Shown here: piece by piece, positions 30,577-39,609 of the stretch
Layout of the letters: each line of letters begins with the position of its first letter
How positions within the stretch are numbered: position 1 is the stretch's first letter
Origin: an uncultured Planctomycetota bacterium
GTDB lineage: Bacteria > Planctomycetota > Planctomycetia > Isosphaerales > Isosphaeraceae
Direction of reading: 5' to 3'
Assembly (NCBI GenBank): GCA_963737655.1
Contig: CAVTTN010000002.1
Coordinates: forward strand, 1,600,001 to 1,664,000
Length of the DNA stretch: 64,000 bases
Program-made: the position numbers and the translations under genes
The notes under the pieces: model-generated
The model's input: the letters and a program-made list of their open reading frames with translations, nothing else
What the model was told of the DNA's origin: nothing
Database searches by the model: none

Positions 30577-32766
30577 ATGATGCGCCCCCGCCTGCTCGCG
30601 GCCCTCGCCCTGGTGATCCTCGGGGGCACGCCGCCCCTCTCGACGACCCGGGCCCAGGCCCCCGCGCCGGCCCCAGGTCCCGACGGCCCGCCGGTCGCCC
30701 CGGCGACCGTCCCCGGCCGGTTCCTCCCCGTGGTCGAGCCGATCACCGACGCCACCGTCGCCGACCTCCGCGACGCCGTCCTGCCGTTCCTCGCCTCGGT
30801 GGCCGAGGAGACCGGCGGCAAGGTCAAGCCGGTCCTGGTCTTCGAGTTCCGGCCCGGCGACGAGGCCCCGGGGCGGAGCGACTTCAGCTCCTCCTACCGC
30901 CTCGCCCGGTTCCTGGCCGAGGAGCTCGGCCACACCGAGAAAACCCTGGTCAAGACCGTCGCCTTCGTCCCCAAATCGCTCTCGGGCTATGCCGTCCTGG
31001 CGGCCCTGGCCTGCGACGAGATCGTGATGGGACCGGAGGCCACCCTCGGCCGGATCGACACCTCGGAGGAGCCGGCGAACAACGTGATCCGCGCCGCCGT
31101 GGCCGAGCTGGCCGAGGCCAAGAACCGCGGGACGTATCTCCCCCTGCTCCTGGGGATGCTCGAAAAGGACCGGGACGTCTTCCAGGTCACCACCGGCGAT
31201 TCGGTCCGGTACGTCCTGGACCGGGACCTCAACGCCTTCGAGAAGGAGCACCCCGGCGGCCACGCCGAGCCGGTCTGGGAGGCGGGCAATCGCGGGGTGG
31301 TCCCGGCCGAGAAGCTCCGGCGGATGTTCGTCAACCTCCTGGCCCCCGACCGTGCCAAGGTCCTCGAGGAATACCACCTGGGCTCCACGTCCGACCTCGC
31401 CGCGGATGAGCCGATCGCCGTCTCCCTCGAAGTCCACGGGCCGATCCGCTCGGACACCGTCTCGTACCTCCGCCAGAGGATCAGCGAGGAGGTCAACCGG
31501 GGCGCCAACCTGATCTTCCTGGACATCAGCAGCGGGGGCGGCGACCTCTTCGCCGTCGAGCAGGTCCTGGACGAGCTGGCCAAGCCCCGCAAGGGCGTGA
31601 GGATCGTCGGGTTCGTCGAGGACGAGGCCCTCGGCCTGGCCGCTCTGGTGCCCCTGGCCTGCGACGAGATCGTGATGAAGAAGGGGGCGAGGATCGGCGA
31701 GGTCACCGGCCGAGGCGGCGCCGAGGGGATCGACCCGGCCGTCTTCGCCGACAAGGCCCGCAAGTTCGCCTCGGTCAAGGGCCACCCCCCGGCCGTGGCC
31801 GTGGCGATGATCGACCCCTCGGTCGCCCTGGTCGAGGCCAAGAACAACGAGAACGGCGCCGTCGTCCGCCTCCTCTCCTCGGAGGTCGATCCCAAGATCC
31901 ACAGCAACGTCCGGACGATCAAGGAGGCCGGCGACCCGCCGATCGTCCTGACCTCGGACAACGCCCAGGCCCTGGGCATGGCCGTCCGCACGGTCGAGAA
32001 CGAGAAGGAGCTGGGCCGGGCCTACGGCCTGAAGGGCGCGCCCCGGGCCGTGGGCAAGACCTGGGTCGATACGCTGGTGGACACGCTGAACTCGCCGTGG
32101 ATGAGCGGCATCCTGCTGTTCGTCGGGCTGTTCATGCTGATCCTGGAGCTGAAGCTCCCGGGCGTGGGGCTGCCGGCGATCATCTCGGTCCTGGCCTTCC
32201 TCCTGTTCTTCTGGAGCCACTACCTGGGCGGGACGGCCGACAAGCTGGAGATCCTCCTGTTCCTCGTCGGGTTCGTCTGCCTGGCGCTGGAGCTGTTCGT
32301 CTTCCCCGGGTTCGCGGTGTTCGGGATCTCGGGCATCCTGCTGATCCTGGTCAGCGTGATCATGGCCAGCCACACGTTCGTCTGGCCCACGCAGGACTAC
32401 GAATACCGCCAGATGGGCAACACGCTGTTGCAGGTCACCGGGGCGATTGTGACGGTGGCCGTCGGCGCCACGGTCCTGGGCAAGTACTTCCCCAAGCTCC
32501 CGCTGTTCCGCCGGATGATCCTGGAGCCCCAGCCGTACCACGGGATCGACGACCTGACCGGCAAGCCCGGCCCGGACAGCGACGCCGGCCTGTTCTTCCT
32601 CCTCGGGGAGGTCGGCCGGACCACCACGGCCCTGAAGCCCACCGGCAAGGCCCGGTTCGGCGAGCTCCTCGTGGACGTCACGGCCGACGGCTTCTACATC
32701 GAGCCGGATTCCGCCGTGGAGGTCGTGGAGGTCCGCGGCTCCCGGGTGATCGTCAAGAGGGCGTAA
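30577..32766 (+). CDS. NfeD family protein (duplicated ClpP-like domains, TMs and OB-fold)
   Basis: Two LACDEIVM motifs; ELKLPG TM block; C-terminal GRTTTALKPTGKARFG...VEVRGSRVIV. Confidence 0.88.
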   Translation: MMRPRLLAALALVILGGTPPLSTTRAQAPAPAPGPDGPPVAPATVPGRFLPVVEPITDATVADLRDAVLPFLASVAEETGGKVKPVLVFEFRPGDEAPGRSDFSSSYRLARFLAEELGHTEKTLVKTVAFVPKSLSGYAVLAALACDEIVMGPEATLGRIDTSEEPANNVIRAAVAELAEAKNRGTYLPLLLGMLEKDRDVFQVTTGDSVRYVLDRDLNAFEKEHPGGHAEPVWEAGNRGVVPAEKLRRMFVNLLAPDRAKVLEEYHLGSTSDLAADEPIAVSLEVHGPIRSDTVSYLRQRISEEVNRGANLIFLDISSGGGDLFAVEQVLDELAKPRKGVRIVGFVEDEALGLAALVPLACDEIVMKKGARIGEVTGRGGAEGIDPAVFADKARKFASVKGHPPAVAVAMIDPSVALVEAKNNENGAVVRLLSSEVDPKIHSNVRTIKEAGDPPIVLTSDNAQALGMAVRTVENEKELGRAYGLKGAPRAVGKTWVDTLVDTLNSPWMSGILLFVGLFMLILELKLPGVGLPAIISVLAFLLFFWSHYLGGTADKLEILLFLVGFVCLALELFVFPGFAVFGISGILLILVSVIMASHTFVWPTQDYEYRQMGNTLLQVTGAIVTVAVGATVLGKYFPKLPLFRRMILEPQPYHGIDDLTGKPGPDSDAGLFFLLGEVGRTTTALKPTGKARFGELLVDVTADGFYIEPDSAVEVVEVRGSRVIVKRA

Positions 32767-32776
32767 AGGCCGCCAC

Positions 32777-32921
32777 GGTGCTCTGTAGAAAACCCCTTCG
32801 AAGCATCGATGCGAGTAGGTCCGACTTCAGTCGGGCCTACGAAACAAGGCGCTTCTGTAGGCCCGACTGAAGTCGGACCTACTCGTTTCCTCATTCTCAA
32901 TGGGGCTTGCTACAGAGTACC
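32777..32921. mobile_element. 145-bp MITE-like element with ~25-bp imperfect TIRs, GCCAC flanking direct repeat and internal GTAG REP doublet
   Basis: Left GGTGCTCTGTAGAAAACCCCTTCGA vs reverse complement of right GGTACTCTGTAGCAAGCCCCATTGA; gccac at 32772-32776 and 32922-32926; REPs at 32815-32840 and 32857-32882. Confidence 0.7.
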
Positions 32922-33132
32922 GCCACGGCCATTCCCTTCTCGTCTGGCCGGGGAAACGGGGCCTCTCCCCGTCCGGCGCGAAAAGAAACGCCTCTGTCGG
33001 TAGCAGGCCGCGATTCCGTGGGCGGGGCGCCCAAGCGGAGATTAGAATGAAGGGCCGACGGGTCGTCTTGACTCGAATCGGCCCCAGTCCGGCCCAGCCC
33101 GGCCCTTTCGCGAACCCTGAGCGCCCCTTCCC

Positions 33133-34113
33133 ATGCGCGTCCTGTCCGGAATCCAGCCCTCGGGCGCCCTGCACATCGGCAACTACTTCGGCGCGATCCG
33201 CCAGTACATCGCCCTCCAGGAGGGGAACGAGGCGTTCTATTTCGTCGCCGATTATCACGCGCTGACCAGCGTCCGCGATCCCGAGAGGCTGTCGAAGTAC
33301 GTCTTCGACGTGATCGCCGACCTGCTCGCGCTGGGCCTCGACCCCCGGCGCACCACCCTGTTCGTCCAGTCCGACGTCCCCGAGACCACGGAGCTGGCGT
33401 GGCTGCTGACGACCGTCACGCCGATGGGGTGGCTGGAGAAGTGCGTGAGCTACAAGGACAAGGTCCAGCAGGGCCTCCCCGCCGACCACGGCCTCTTCGC
33501 CTACCCGATCCTCCAGGCCGCCGACATCCTCCTCTATGACGCCGACGTCGTCCCCGTCGGCCAGGACCAGAAGCAGCACCTGGAGATCACCCGGGACGTG
33601 GCCGAGCGGTTCAATCACGTCTATGGAGACGTCTTCAAGCTCCCGAAGCCGCACATCCTCGAATCCGTGGCCGTCGTCCCGGGGATCGATGGCCGGAAGA
33701 TGAGCAAGAGTTACGACAACACGATCGAGATCTTCGACGACCCGAAGACGATCCTCAAGAAGTGCAAGAAGATCGTGACGGACAGCACGCCCGTCGAGGC
33801 GCCGAAGGACCCGGACCGGGACAACCTGTTCCAACTGTTCAAGCTGTTCGCCGGGGCGGACGAGGTCGCGGAGTTCGATCGGCGATACCGCGAGGGGGGC
33901 ATCGGCTACGGGGAGGTCAAGGTCCGGTTGGCGGCCCTGATCGCCGAGTTCTTCGCCCCGGCCCGGGAGCGCCGGGCGGCGCTGGTCGCCGATCCCAGGG
34001 AGGTGGCCGAGGTCCGGGCGGAGGCGGCGGAGAGGGCGAAGACGGCGGCCCGGGTCGTCCTGGACCGGGCCCGGGGGGCGTGCGGGCTGGGTCGGAAGGG
34101 GTTTTCCTCATGA
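33133..34113 (+). CDS. trpS: Tryptophan--tRNA ligase
   Basis: SGIQPSGALHIGNY, YPILQAADIL, VPVGQDQKQHLE, KMSKS. Confidence 0.97.
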   Translation: MRVLSGIQPSGALHIGNYFGAIRQYIALQEGNEAFYFVADYHALTSVRDPERLSKYVFDVIADLLALGLDPRRTTLFVQSDVPETTELAWLLTTVTPMGWLEKCVSYKDKVQQGLPADHGLFAYPILQAADILLYDADVVPVGQDQKQHLEITRDVAERFNHVYGDVFKLPKPHILESVAVVPGIDGRKMSKSYDNTIEIFDDPKTILKKCKKIVTDSTPVEAPKDPDRDNLFQLFKLFAGADEVAEFDRRYREGGIGYGEVKVRLAALIAEFFAPARERRAALVADPREVAEVRAEAAERAKTAARVVLDRARGACGLGRKGFSS

Positions 34114-34901
34114 AGTTGAGCGTGCATTCGTCGGCGGCGTATGACCTGCCGGCCGAGACGTTCTTGCTGATGATGGTCGAGCCGTCGCTGACGGGCCCGG
34201 GGCATCGCGTCCTGGACGAGCGCCTGGTCACGACCCCGACGTCGTTCTCCGAGCTCTGGACCGACGACTTCGGCAACCCGTGCCGTCGCCTGGTCGCGCC
34301 GGCCGGGCCGTTCTCGTTCGAGTTCCTGGCGACGATCGAGGCCGACGAGAACCTGGCGCTGCCGCTCGACGCCATCGAGCACGAGCCCCGGGCGATCCCG
34401 GCCGAGGTCATGGTCTATACGTTGCCGTCCCGCTATTGCCAGAGCGATCGGCTCGTGAGGCTGGCGCAGACGGAGTTCGGCGACCTCCAGCCGGGAGGGA
34501 CGCGGGTGGCGGCGATCGCGAAGTGGATTCGCGAGCACGTCGAGTATCGCTACGGGACGACCAACTCCTCGACCTCGGCGGCCGACACGGCGATCGAGAG
34601 GGTGGGGGTCTGCCGGGACTTCGCCCACCTCCTGATCGCCCTGAGCCGGGCCCTGGGCATCCCGTCGCGATACGTCTCGGGCTACGCCCTGGGCCTGGAC
34701 CCGCCGGACTTCCACGGGTTCGCGCAGGTGTATCTGGGCGGCGCCTGGAGGAACGTGGACGCGACCACGGAGGAGGTCCGGCCCGCCCTGGTGCCGATCG
34801 CCGTGGGGCGGGACGCGGCGGACGTGGCGATGACCACGTTCTGGGGCGTCGGCCACCTGAGGCACCAGGCGGTGAAGGTCGAGGCCATGTCCGGGGGATG
34901 A
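34110..34901 (+). CDS. Transglutaminase family protein
   Basis: PSRYCQSD, GVCRDFAH, RYVSGY, DFH, DAT, GRDAADV; ATGA overlap with trpS. Confidence 0.9.
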   Translation: MKLSVHSSAAYDLPAETFLLMMVEPSLTGPGHRVLDERLVTTPTSFSELWTDDFGNPCRRLVAPAGPFSFEFLATIEADENLALPLDAIEHEPRAIPAEVMVYTLPSRYCQSDRLVRLAQTEFGDLQPGGTRVAAIAKWIREHVEYRYGTTNSSTSAADTAIERVGVCRDFAHLLIALSRALGIPSRYVSGYALGLDPPDFHGFAQVYLGGAWRNVDATTEEVRPALVPIAVGRDAADVAMTTFWGVGHLRHQAVKVEAMSGG

Positions 34902-34974
34902 ACGGCCCCGATCGGCATTGACCGGCCCGGCCCCGGGGCGTAAGGTGCCTCGTCCCGAGAGGGAGGGGGTGTGC

Positions 34975-35832
34975 ATGCGCCGACGGGCCGTGATCGCCGG
35001 GAGCCTGGCGGGCCTGGCCACCGGCTGCGCGGTGCTCGTCCATCGGCCCCCGCCGATGTCGCCGGAGAAGGCCGAGGCGATCCAGGCGGCGAGCCGGGAG
35101 GCGCAGGCGGCCTTCGACCGCAAGGATTGGCCGCGGGCCCAGGCCGAGCTCGAACGCCTGGTCTTCGAGGCCCCCACCTCGGCCGAGGCCCATCGCCGGC
35201 TGGGCCGCACGCTGCTGATCCAGGGCCGGCGGCTGGAGGCCGAGACCGAGTTCCGCAAGGCCCTGGTCCTCGCCCCGGACGACGGCGACGCCCTGATCGG
35301 CCTGGGCGAGACCCAGGCCCAGAGCGGGCACCTGGTCGAGGCCCTCCGCCATCTGGACCAGGCCATTGACCTGGTCCCGCCTCAGCCCGAGGCCCACCTG
35401 GCCCGGGGACGCGTCCTGGAAGCCCTGGGCCGGCCCGACGAGGCCCTCGCCGCCTATTTCCGGGCCCTGGAATCCGACCCCGCCTCGGCCCCCTCGCTCG
35501 TCCGGGCCGCCGCGATCCAGCTCGACCAGGGCCACGCCGACCAGGCCCTGGCCCGCCTGGAGAGGGCCGTCGAGATCGGGCCGGACGACCCCGAGGCCCG
35601 CCTGCTTCGGGGTCGCGCCCACCTCGCCCTGAAGCACGTGGGACCGGCCGTCGAGGACTTCCGGTTCGCCTCGCAACATCTCCCGAACCGCCCCGACGCC
35701 TATTATCAGCTCGCCCTGGGCCTGGCCGCCGCCCAGAAGAGGGACGAGGCCCGGCTCGCCGCCGACAAGGCCGCCGGCCTCGCCCCGGAATGGGCCGAGG
35801 CCCGCGACCTGGCGACTCGCCTCCGACGATGA
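34975..35832 (+). CDS. Tetratricopeptide repeat lipoprotein
   Basis: Lipobox-like LATGC; consecutive TPR repeats. Confidence 0.85.
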   Translation: MRRRAVIAGSLAGLATGCAVLVHRPPPMSPEKAEAIQAASREAQAAFDRKDWPRAQAELERLVFEAPTSAEAHRRLGRTLLIQGRRLEAETEFRKALVLAPDDGDALIGLGETQAQSGHLVEALRHLDQAIDLVPPQPEAHLARGRVLEALGRPDEALAAYFRALESDPASAPSLVRAAAIQLDQGHADQALARLERAVEIGPDDPEARLLRGRAHLALKHVGPAVEDFRFASQHLPNRPDAYYQLALGLAAAQKRDEARLAADKAAGLAPEWAEARDLATRLRR

Positions 35833-35845
35833 CTCACCCATCCTT

Positions 35846-35880
35846 GGGTGGAATGTTTACGGAGACGTAAGCATGCCACA
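35846..35880. repeat. Degenerate family B REP between convergent genes (possible bidirectional terminator)
   Basis: gggtggaatgtttacggagacgtaagcatgccac. Confidence 0.6.
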
Positions 35881-35905
35881 CGGACAAAAAAGCGCCGCTT
35901 CCGGG

Positions 35906-37855
35906 TCACGGGGCGGACGGCGGCTCCGCTCGATCGTTCCCCTGGAATCGCTCCAGGAGGTCGCGGAACGGCGAGAGATCGGCGTTCTTGGCGAGGTCCG
36001 TGGCCTCGGCTTGGTCTCCGGCGTCGTAAAGCTCCTCGGCGCCGATGGGGTCTCGGTGGTAGATCTGTCCGTGATCGAGGATGGCGATCCGGTAGCTTTC
36101 CGACGGCTTCAGGCCGTGGGCGCGGATCTGTTCGGCCGTGAGCTTCAGCTCCGAGATGGGCGGTTCGGGCGGGCCGGAGGCGGGGCCCGACGGGTCCCAG
36201 AAGCGACGCAACGAGCGTCCGGGGAACGGCCAGGCCCAGGCCGGGCCGGCCAGGTCGGCGATCGTGGCGGCGAGGTCTCGCGTGCTGACCGGCTCGGCCA
36301 CCCGCCGGCCGGAGGTCCCTCCCGGTGGGACGATCAGCAGGGGCACATTGACCTGTTCCCGATACAACGTGTTGCCGTGCCAGTACTTGCCGTGCTCGCC
36401 GAAATGCTCCCCGTGGTCGGCCGAGATCACGATCCAGGTATTCCGCCCGACCCCTCGGCGGTCGAGCTCGGCCAGGAGGCGGGCGATCTGCTCGTCGATG
36501 TAGCGGAGGCAATCGTCGTAGGCGTCGATCCCCTCACGGGCCATCTCCGTGAGCGACGCCTGGCGCTCGGACTCGCCCAGGCGGAGGTCATTCCCCTTGC
36601 GACGGGCCGCCGCGAAGATTTCGCGGAGCCGGGGGGTGGGCAGTTTGGTGAACGTCCGGGGGAACTCCTCGGGGATGATGTACGGGCCGTGGGCGTCGAT
36701 ATAGTTGAGGAACAGGAAGAACGGCCGATCTCCGGGCGAGCCGTCGAGCCAGGCCAGGGCGTCCTGGTTGACCTTCTCGGCCGGCTTGTGGGTCGGGTAT
36801 TGCCCGGTCGTCGGCCAGATCCCGAATCGGACGGCCACGGGCATCAGCATCCGGGTCAAGGCGGCGCATCGGAGCGTCTGCTGGACCGAGAGGTCGCGGT
36901 TCTCGGGGGCGTCCTCGTAGCGGGAGAAGCCGCGATCGACGCCGAACCAGCCGTTGCAATAGAAATCGTTCCCCACGAACCCGCCGGTGCGATACCCCCG
37001 GGCGGAGAACGATTCGGCCAGGGTCGGGAATTCGCCGTCGAGAGGCCGGTCATAGTCCACCGAAAGCTCGTGAGGCCATCGTCCGGTGAACATCGAGGCA
37101 TGGGCCGGGAGGGTCCAGGGCGCGGGGGACCGGGCCCCGTCGAAGACGATCGACCGAGCCGCCAGGTCGGCCAGGTGGGGCGTGGTCGGCCGAGAATAGC
37201 CGTAGAGGCTCAGATGATCGGCCCGGACGGTGTCCAGGACGAGCAAGACCACGTTCGGCGCCCCGGACGGGGCCGGCGGCAATGCGGCCAGGGCCTGTCT
37301 CTCGGCGGAGAAGTCGCGGACCAGGCCGATGCCGACGACCAGGGCCGTGGCCAGCCCGAGGGGTGCCAGCGTCCGCCTCGAAATCGCGCCTCGGAACCTC
37401 CGCCACCGGGGCGTGAGCCTTGCCGAGAGGCCCACGGTCATCGCCAGGCCGCTCCACCAGTGCAGCTCCTCCAGCGCCAGCAGGGGCGAGGCCACGGCGA
37501 GGAACAGGCCCAGGCCCGTGATGGCCAAATCGCTCCTTCGGCCTCGGAGGCCCGCCCACCGCATCGCCGCGGCCACCGCGAGCCATCCGGCGAAGATCGC
37601 CAGGTGCGCCAGCATCCCCAGGGCCACGTGATGGCGGCTGATCGAGACGGTGATCCGGGTGACCGTCCCCACGAAGGCGCCGTGGGCCAGGACCACTCCG
37701 GTCTCCAGCCATCCGCCGAGGAGGCCCAGGGCCAACGCCTCGGCCGCCCGGGTCCGCAGGCCCGGCGGGATCGGCTCGGGCGTCTCGACGGGCCGAGTCT
37801 GGCGGAACGCTCGATGAAGGACGTTTTTCGTGCGAAGATCGGTCGTGGCATCCAT
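35906..37855 (-). CDS. Membrane-anchored sulfatase-like hydrolase/transferase
   Basis: About 5 N-terminal TMs; PNVVLLVLDTVRAD; WTLPAHASMFTG; DAHGPY; SADHGE. Confidence 0.88.
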   Translation of the reverse strand: MDATTDLRTKNVLHRAFRQTRPVETPEPIPPGLRTRAAEALALGLLGGWLETGVVLAHGAFVGTVTRITVSISRHHVALGMLAHLAIFAGWLAVAAAMRWAGLRGRRSDLAITGLGLFLAVASPLLALEELHWWSGLAMTVGLSARLTPRWRRFRGAISRRTLAPLGLATALVVGIGLVRDFSAERQALAALPPAPSGAPNVVLLVLDTVRADHLSLYGYSRPTTPHLADLAARSIVFDGARSPAPWTLPAHASMFTGRWPHELSVDYDRPLDGEFPTLAESFSARGYRTGGFVGNDFYCNGWFGVDRGFSRYEDAPENRDLSVQQTLRCAALTRMLMPVAVRFGIWPTTGQYPTHKPAEKVNQDALAWLDGSPGDRPFFLFLNYIDAHGPYIIPEEFPRTFTKLPTPRLREIFAAARRKGNDLRLGESERQASLTEMAREGIDAYDDCLRYIDEQIARLLAELDRRGVGRNTWIVISADHGEHFGEHGKYWHGNTLYREQVNVPLLIVPPGGTSGRRVAEPVSTRDLAATIADLAGPAWAWPFPGRSLRRFWDPSGPASGPPEPPISELKLTAEQIRAHGLKPSESYRIAILDHGQIYHRDPIGAEELYDAGDQAEATDLAKNADLSPFRDLLERFQGNDRAEPPSAP

Positions 37856-38039
37856 GCCAGGATCCTCCGGGGGGGTGAGAGGATGATGAAGTCGTGTTAT
37901 CGGTGTTCCTTCGCCTCCTCATGGAGCGATTTCGACGACGATCTTGAACGAAGATTCCCGAGGAAATGCCGAAACACCGAGGGATGAGGGGGCGGCCCGC
38001 CGCCCTCGGATGTCTCCCCAGAACGGTTCGGAGCCTTCC

Positions 38040-39383
38040 ATGCCGTCCCGGTCCGCCGCCGTCGATTTCGAGCAGGCCGTCTACGGCAGCTTCGCCTTCT
38101 GGGACCGTGGTTATGCGGTCCTGGCGAGCTCGCCGGGGTGCCTCCCCGGGTGGTTGTCGGCGTTCCAGAAGGCTTGCCAGGGGTTCGGCGAGCCGCCGCC
38201 CGGGACCAACGGGTTCGGCCGGGCGATGGTCTCGCTCCGGCTGGAGGATTCGGGGCCCTGGGCGATCGTCGGCGTGGAGGTCGCCGGTTCGGACGACCGA
38301 GGCCGGCCCGGGGCGTTGGCGTTCCACGCCCTTTTCGTCGAGATGGCCGAATTTCGCAAGGTCGGCTTCGACCCCTTCCGCCTCTCCGGCGCCCTGAAGG
38401 GGGGCTGGACGCCGGAAACGACGGCCCTGCCCGCCGGATCGTGGCCGGTCTCTGAGATAGCGGCCCCGATCCCACCCGATCTGGCGATCGAAAGCCGCCG
38501 GATCGCCGAGAGACTCGCCGGAGGCAGGAGGGTCGCCCTGGAATCGGCGGAGCCGATCGACGACCTCGCCCGAGCCGTCTGGAACGAGCTGCCCGAACGG
38601 GTCCGCAAGAGGGCCCGGGTCGCGACCCTGGCGTTCTCCACGTCCCATCGGTTCGACCTGGTCGCCGTCCCGAGGCTCTCGGCCTTCGAGTGGGACGCCT
38701 CGTATGCCGATCCGCCCGAAAAGCCGCCGAAACGGCGGAGTTGGCCGATTCGAGGGATCATCGCGGCGGCCGTCGGGATCGCGGTGATCCTGGCCTTCGG
38801 GATCGGGCTCCGCGATTTCCTCGCGAGGAGGGCCGAGACGCCTCTGGCCGTCGCCTCGGGGCCGCCCGAAGTCCGTGCCGGTGCGCCGGATCGGTCGTCT
38901 TACGACGATCCGCCGATCGACCCCGACGAGCGCCAAGGCGTCCTCCGGGGACTCGACGAGATGGCCCAGAAATTCGGAGTGAGCGTCCCGGACGGGTCCG
39001 GCCCGACGGCCCGGATGGTCGCCCTGAGCGCCCATCTCCGCTATCGAGGCCCCTTGCTCAGCGAGGCCGACCGCTCCCGGCTCGCCTCGGAGAGCGGCCC
39101 GGGGCGGTCCCGGGCCCTGGACTGGGACGCCCAGATCCGCCATTTCCTGCCCGATCGGCCGTTGCCCCCGGACTTCGCCCGGGGGCCGCTGCGATGGCAG
39201 CTCGACACGCTGGGCTGGTCGTTCCGGGTCGAGCCCGACCCTCGAAAGACCCTCGGAGAAATCCCCCGGGCCCTGGCCGACGCCCTCTCGCTGGACGAGC
39301 CGATCCGCCCCAACCCCCTGGCCGCTCGCTACCCGCCGTTGAGCGACTATGCCGCCTTCCTGGCGAAGCTGCCGAGGCGATGA
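38040..39383 (+). CDS. Hypothetical single-TM protein with GAP1-N2-like N-terminal domain
   Basis: FEQAVYGS...GYAVLASSPG...DDRGRPGALAFHALFV; TM GIIAAAVGIAVILAFGIGL; start uncertain (38010 or 38040). Confidence 0.6.
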   Translation: MPSRSAAVDFEQAVYGSFAFWDRGYAVLASSPGCLPGWLSAFQKACQGFGEPPPGTNGFGRAMVSLRLEDSGPWAIVGVEVAGSDDRGRPGALAFHALFVEMAEFRKVGFDPFRLSGALKGGWTPETTALPAGSWPVSEIAAPIPPDLAIESRRIAERLAGGRRVALESAEPIDDLARAVWNELPERVRKRARVATLAFSTSHRFDLVAVPRLSAFEWDASYADPPEKPPKRRSWPIRGIIAAAVGIAVILAFGIGLRDFLARRAETPLAVASGPPEVRAGAPDRSSYDDPPIDPDERQGVLRGLDEMAQKFGVSVPDGSGPTARMVALSAHLRYRGPLLSEADRSRLASESGPGRSRALDWDAQIRHFLPDRPLPPDFARGPLRWQLDTLGWSFRVEPDPRKTLGEIPRALADALSLDEPIRPNPLAARYPPLSDYAAFLAKLPRR

Positions 39384-39430
39384 GGATTCCTTGACCCGTA
39401 AAACACTTCGGACCATGACGCCGTTCACGT

Positions 39431-39517
39431 CGGGTGGCATGCTTACGTCTGCGTAAGCATGTCTTCGGTTCCAACCTGACTGAAGGCATGCTTACGCAGA
39501 CGTAAGCATGCCACCCG
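39431..39517. repeat. Family B REP doublet
   Basis: cgggtggcatgcttacgtctgcgtaagcatg ... catgcttacgcagacgtaagcatgccacccg. Confidence 0.8.
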
Positions 39518-39528
39518 AGACGATCACA

Positions 39529-39606
39529 AAGAGGATCGAAACGCAGATTACGCAGATTGGAATTCCTGATATTCCTAATCTGGGTAATCTGCGTTTCGAT
39601 CCTCTT
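39529..39606. repeat. Long AT-richer hairpin with ACGCAGATT units
   Basis: aagaggatcgaaacgcagattacgcagatt ... aatctgggtaatctgcgtttcgatcctctt. Confidence 0.75.
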
Positions 39607-39609
39607 CGA

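Noticed and set aside
32930..33132. T-box or attenuator upstream of trpS
   Set aside because: No T-box consensus (AAGGTGGCACCGCG-like) or Trp-rich leader peptide seen
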